Part shown: piece by piece, positions 51,801-57,800 of the stretch
Position numbering within the stretch: the first letter of the stretch is position 1
Layout: each line of letters begins with the position of its first letter
Source: Flectonema sp. DT1601
Lineage: Eukaryota
Direction of reading: 5' to 3'
DNA length: 64,000 bases
NCBI GenBank assembly: GCA_964019425.1
Contig: OZ025789.1
Location: 62,001-126,000 of the forward strand
Notes under the pieces: model-generated
Databases searched by the model: none
What the model was told of the DNA's origin: nothing
What the model saw: only the letters and a program-made list of their open reading frames with translations
Position numbers and translations under genes: made by a program

Positions 51801-54800
51801 CGCTGCCAATACCCGACCGGCAGGTCCAAGCTCATCCTTGTCCATGATCCTTCCATCGGTGATGATCAGCAGCACCTTCTGTCTATGCGCCGGTGATTCC
51901 TTGAAGATCTCACCTGCCCACTCCTCCGCCTCCTTCACCTTCGTCTTGCACCGGAGAGCTTCTCCCTCGTACCAGTCGAGGTCCCCAAGGAGCTGGCTCC
52001 TGTCACCGGTCAACTTTCCGCACGTGTCAGCCACAGCCGGAGTCGTTCCCGGAATGATACTCAGCGTTGGGATACCGTCTCCCTTCGTCACCCCATTCTT
52101 AGGATTGCATGAGCACGTAGGGCACTGCGCAACGCGAACTCCTGTGTCCCACGAGTTGAAGGCCACACGAAGCTTTCCTCCCTTGACGTCCGAGCTGATC
52201 CCCTTGGTCGAATCCTCGCCGGTCAGGGGAACCTTCTGTACCCAGTCCCTCATCACCTCCATCAGAGCATCAAACCCGCTAGGGTGACGCCCGAATGTCT
52301 TGTCCATCGAGCACGATGCGTCAAACGACACCACCACGTCGAGGTCGGGGCAGCTCGAGTACTTCTGATCCACACAAACTATAGGGCTCACCGACCTGTC
52401 GACGATGCAGCGAGGGTCCTCCGTGCACAGACACACCATGTCCTTAGCATCGAACAGCGCCGGTTTGTTGTAGTCACTGCACAACTTGTCCACGCATTTG
52501 TTCGCAGCATCATCCCACCTGCACAATCCCTTCTGGTCAGTGTTGCAGCTGTCCTTGCCCGTGTGCTTGTCGAAGCAGTACTTCTCCACACACAACCCAC
52601 ACCCAACAGCGTCCCAGTCACAGTCCGTGTCACGGCTGCACGTCACCTCGTCAGCGTGTTTGTAGCACTTCGTCTCAGCACAAGCCGCACCGTCCCAGTT
52701 GCACGCGGTATCCGCGAGGCACTCCGCCTGAATCGTCCCCGTGCAGCGCTTCTTGTGGCACAGCGGGTTCGCCCCGTCCCCCCACTCACATTCAGGATCC
52801 CGACTGTTCTCACATGAGCCCTGGTCGGTAAACTGACAAACCTTGTTGATGCACGAGTCGCTCACGCAGTCCCAGTCGCACAACCCGCTCGGGTCAGCCA
52901 AGCACTTCTGCTCATCCTTGGTCTGGGTGCAGTCCGGCACCGTCGGGTTGCAGGTGCCAGTCGAATAATCCCACTTGCACTTGTCGTCGGCGTTGCAGGG
53001 CCCAGGCGCGAAGTGTTGGCATTTCTTTGGATCACACTCTGCCGGCACCTTCGTTGTGTTCCAGTCGCACAGATCGTCCTGAACGCAATCCTGCTGCTTT
53101 GGGTACTCGCAAACCTCGCGCTGGCACTTGTCCTGGTCCCAGAAGCATCCAGTTGCCCTATCACACTCCGGCTTGAGGCAGTGCTTCTCGCATTCAGTCG
53201 TCACACACATTCCGTTCGCCGTGTTCCGCGCTCCCGCCGTGCAAGTCACCGACCCTCCGGCGAGCATGCAATTCTCGCAAACGAATCCGGAAGCCTTCTG
53301 CGTCGCCGAAAGCTCCAAGCAGTTCAGGTTCAGGCACCCATCGGCCGCAGCACACTTCTGGGGAACCTGGTCCTGCCAGTCGCATGCCTGGTCCGCACGG
53401 CACTCCAGCTTCACTCCCCACTTCGAACACGGGACAGAAGCACCGGTCGCCGGCGGTGTCGTTGAGCCTCCCCCCTGGTTCTGGTGCGCCTGGATTGCTG
53501 CCCCAAAGCGGCCAGCAGGGTCGCAGAAGTCCTTGAACACCTCCTCCAACATGTCGTCCAGCGGAACGTTCACAAAGTGGTCATCGTGCGGATCCGAAGT
53601 GATCGGCTTCAGGGTTTTTTCCGCATCCAAGTCATCCTTCGTGTGTGCAGCACTCTTGCGTACCACTACACCGAAAGTGATCACATCCATCGCATCCAAG
53701 TTCTGTCGGATCCGTGGGATCTCGACACTGCTCTGCGGCTCCTTCGGGTTCATCGCCCCGTCGGTGATGACGATCAGAACGTGCTGTCTGTGCGATGGCG
53801 ATCCCTGGAACACGTGCACTGCATCCTCCAACGCCTTTGCCATGTAGGTTACCGACCCCATGTAGTTCGTCTCGTGCCAGTCCAGGTCGACGTCCAGCTC
53901 GCTGAGTTTCCCACTGAGCTCTCCATCAGTGCACGTACCTTTGGGAACAGGATCCCTGCACTTCCTGCTCCGTGTGCACCCCTGGTTGTTGTTCTTGCAC
54001 ACCCAGTACTCGTCAGTTCTCGAGAACTGCACGAACGCGAGACGGAAGGTTCCTCCGACCACCGTCGATCCCTTCCCGACCGTGTGATCCTCCCCCGTCA
54101 GCGGAAGGGTCTGCATCCAGTCGCGCAGCATCTCCACCATTCCAAAGTATCCGTGAGGGTGCTTCCCAAAAGTTCCGCTCATCGAGCCAGATCCGTCCAG
54201 CACGAACACTACGTCCAGGTCGGGACAAGCCGACACGTGCACATCCCTGCACTTCGGGCTGGCCGTTGAATCCCAGTAGCAGTTCGGTTGCTTCGTGCAC
54301 TCGCAGTTCTTCAGGAAATCGCTGCACTTCGCCGTCTCACAGTAGTCTCCTTTGGAGTCTGTTCCCTTCTTGCAGTTCGGGTCGCTCTCGCAGCTATCCG
54401 CCACCTTGCTCGCAGGCGGGTAGTTCGCGTTGTGCGCCACCGTGCAAACCGTCGGTTGGCACGATGCAGGCGCCGTTGTGGTGTTCCAGTGGCAGCGCGG
54501 GTCGTGGTCACAACCAACAATGTCGTTTCCGAAGCTTGGGCAGTAGTCTGTCACGCACGGAGTCGTTCCGTCCCACACACAAAGCGGATCCTGGTTGCAA
54601 TTGTTCTGGTTCGTATGCACCTTGCACTTGTCTACTTCGCACTGATTGCTTTTGGTGTTCCACTTGCAGTTCTCGCACCCAGCTGCGTCGCAAGGCTGCT
54701 GGGCAGTGTACGAACACAGTTTCTCTGAACAAGCTCCGTTCTTCCATTCACAATTCGAGTCCACTCCGCAAGTCCCCGGGGTCGTGTACTGACACCGGCT

Positions 54801-57800
54801 GTCACGGCACTCAGTTGGCAACGAGCAGTTGTACACACACTGCGGGTCCGCGAGGCAGTCTGCTTGCGACTTCCCATCACACGTCGGGACCTGCAAGCAC
54901 ACAGGTGGGTCAACTCCCGTGTCCCACAAGCATTCCGTCTTGTTCAGGCACGCTTCTCTCACGAACACAGCGGCGCACGGCTTCTTCGAACAATCCCTAG
55001 TGTTGTCGTCCCACACGCACAGCGAGTCCGCGTCTCCCTCGCAGTTGGTCTTGTCGGTGTGCTCGCACACTTTCCTCGTGCACTCCTTCGGCGTTCCCGA
55101 CCACGCGCATGCAGGGTCCTTGTCACAGCAATCTTTCTCGCAGCAGTCCTTGCAGTGCGTCGTTCCGCAGGTCCCGTCGATCGCTGACACCACTCCAGCA
55201 CCGCAGATGACCGTTGCCCGCTGCAGCTTGCAGTTCGCACACCGGTACAGCCCCGTGTACTGGCTCGGAACCGCTTGGCAATTCAACTCAGGACATCCGG
55301 TCGGCGAGTCGCAAGTGCGGAGCTTCGGCTGCTTCCACTCACAGTACTTGTCGGCGTTGCACTCGTCTTTGAATCCCCATGTTGCGCATGGGAAGTGCGT
55401 GCTGTCCACAGGTGGGATGAGAGACCTTCCAATCGGACTCGACGGGTCGCAGAAGACGTTCAGCAGTTGGCTCGGAATCTCATCGAGCTGCAGGTTCAAG
55501 AAATGATCGTCCTTCGGGTCCGTAACCAGCGGCTTCAATCTCAGTTCCGCGTAGTCGTCCTGGTGGGTTCTCTTGGTGAACCTCCGCATAACCACACCAA
55601 ATACCACCACTTTCTCCCGACGGAGGTCCTGCTGCGCCTTGTTGAGCATCCCAGGGTAGGTCGGCTGCCAGTTCTGGTCGCATCCGAACGGACACTGGTT
55701 ACACGAGTTCCCGGAGCTGCACGCGTCTCCATTGATGTCCGTCAGCCCTCCATCGGCGATGATCACTACAATCTGCTTCCTGCCTGGCGGCGAAACCAAG
55801 AATGTGTGGTCGGCCACGTCCTGGAGTGCGTCGTGGATGTAGGTCCAGTGACGCTGGTAGTTCGCCTCGTGCCAGTCGATATCCCCCATCAGCTCCTGCA
55901 GGTTACCAGACAGCAAACCGTCAGTGCACTGCCCGATCGCGCAATTCGTCGGGTGGTCTTCATCGGGGCGAGCGTTCGCCTTCGAGAACTGGATGAATGT
56001 GATACGGAAGGTTCCTCCCTTCACACTCGATTGGGCCCCCACCGTGTGGTCCTCCCCCGTCAACGGCAAGGTCTTCACCCAGTCACGAAGCATCTCGAGA
56101 AGAGCGGTGTATCCGTGGGCGTGGCGTCCGAACGACCTCCACATCGATCCCGAACCGTCGATTATGAAGGCGACATCCAGGTCCGGGCACTGAGCCAGCG
56201 AAGGGATCGCGCAGTGCGGGTTTTTCGGGTCCGTAGCAACCCACGTGCAGTCGGGGTCCTCGCTACACTTACACTCGTCCTTCGGGTTGTTGTACTTGTC
56301 GCACGTCTTCACAGCACAGTACGCAGGGTTCGCCTTCGTTTGCCACATGCACTTGTCGTCGTTCAGGCACGCCGTGTTCGAGTATCCTCCGCACGGGGTT
56401 TGTGTGCACACCGGCGGAGTACCTGTCGTGTCCCAGTGACACGCCGTGTCCGCGTTACACGAAACGTCATCCGGATGCTTCACGCAAGGCCTCTCCACAC
56501 ATTTGTCCAGCGCCGTGTCCCATTCACACTTGCCGTCGGCATTGCAGGTCGGGGCACTCACGTACAGGCAGATCTTCTCCGCGCAGTACTCAATCAGCGT
56601 CGACGGAGGACCGGCTGGTGGAGGAGTCTGTACCGGAACCCACTCGCATCCGTCTTCGGCATTGCAGGTTCCCTCCTTGGTGTGCAGACACTTTTTCGGA
56701 TAGCACTTCGGGCTCTTGCTCGGGTCGTACTCGCACACGCTCAGGAAACAGTAGTCTGGATCCCCAGCTGGCGGGCTACACGGCGCCCCCATCTGAACCG
56801 ACACCGCTTCGCACGGCTGCTCGTCCTCGTGCACTCGGCAAGGGTTGTCGATGCACGTGTCCGTCGCCCACATCGCATCCCACAAGCAGTTGTCGTTAGC
56901 TTTGCAGTCCACCTGGTTCTTCCCAGTGCATCCCGGTTCCTCCCGCTTGCAGTTCCCGTTGTCCCACTTGCATCCTGGGTGGGCCTTGCAGTCAGTCTCT
57001 GAACACAAAGGGTAGCAATCTGACTGAGTGCACGACGGCGAGATCGAAGAATCCCACTTGCAGTCCAAGTCAGCCATACAATCCGTCTCGCTTCCCTTCG
57101 ACGCGCATCCTAACGGCACCGTCACCGTATTGACGGCAATTCCCCTTCCAAAAACGCTTTTCGGATCGCAAATCTGGTCCAGCACCTGTTCCTTGAAGTG
57201 GTCGAGGTCAACGTTGAGGAAGTGCTCATCCTGCGGGTCAGACACTAACGGCTTCAGCTTCGCCTCCGCCCGAAGGTCCTGTCTCGTGTGTCCGGTCGCT
57301 TTCCTCACAACGATACCGAAAATCTGCGCATTGTATTTCGTTTTCAAGTCGTCCTCCGCCGCCCGTACGTCGCTGTCCCGATCGTGTAGAGCCCCATCAG
57401 TGATGATCATCACAATCTTCTTCCTCGTCGAACCGTCGCGTCCGAAAATCGAATCCACCTCCCGCAACGCGGGTTCCAAGATCGTCTTCCCTTGACTCCA
57501 TCTCCTGCAGAAAAAGTTCTCGTGGAAGGTCACGTCCTTGGAAAGGGCGGCGTAGTTTCCGGACAAAGGAGCTCCTCCTCCAGTCGTTCCCGAAACAGGC
57601 ACCCAAGCCTTGCAGTTCACGAACCCGGCAGGCGGCGTGTCTTGCGCCGTCTGCGAATCCCCAGGCTTCCCGAACTGCACCATCGACGCGCGAATTCCGT
57701 ACGTAGAGGTCGACGACGGTGCCAACTCCGCCGCGTGCAGGAAGTCCCTCATCTCCTCCATCATTCCGTAAAACCCGACCGCGTGTGACCCGAACCTCGC

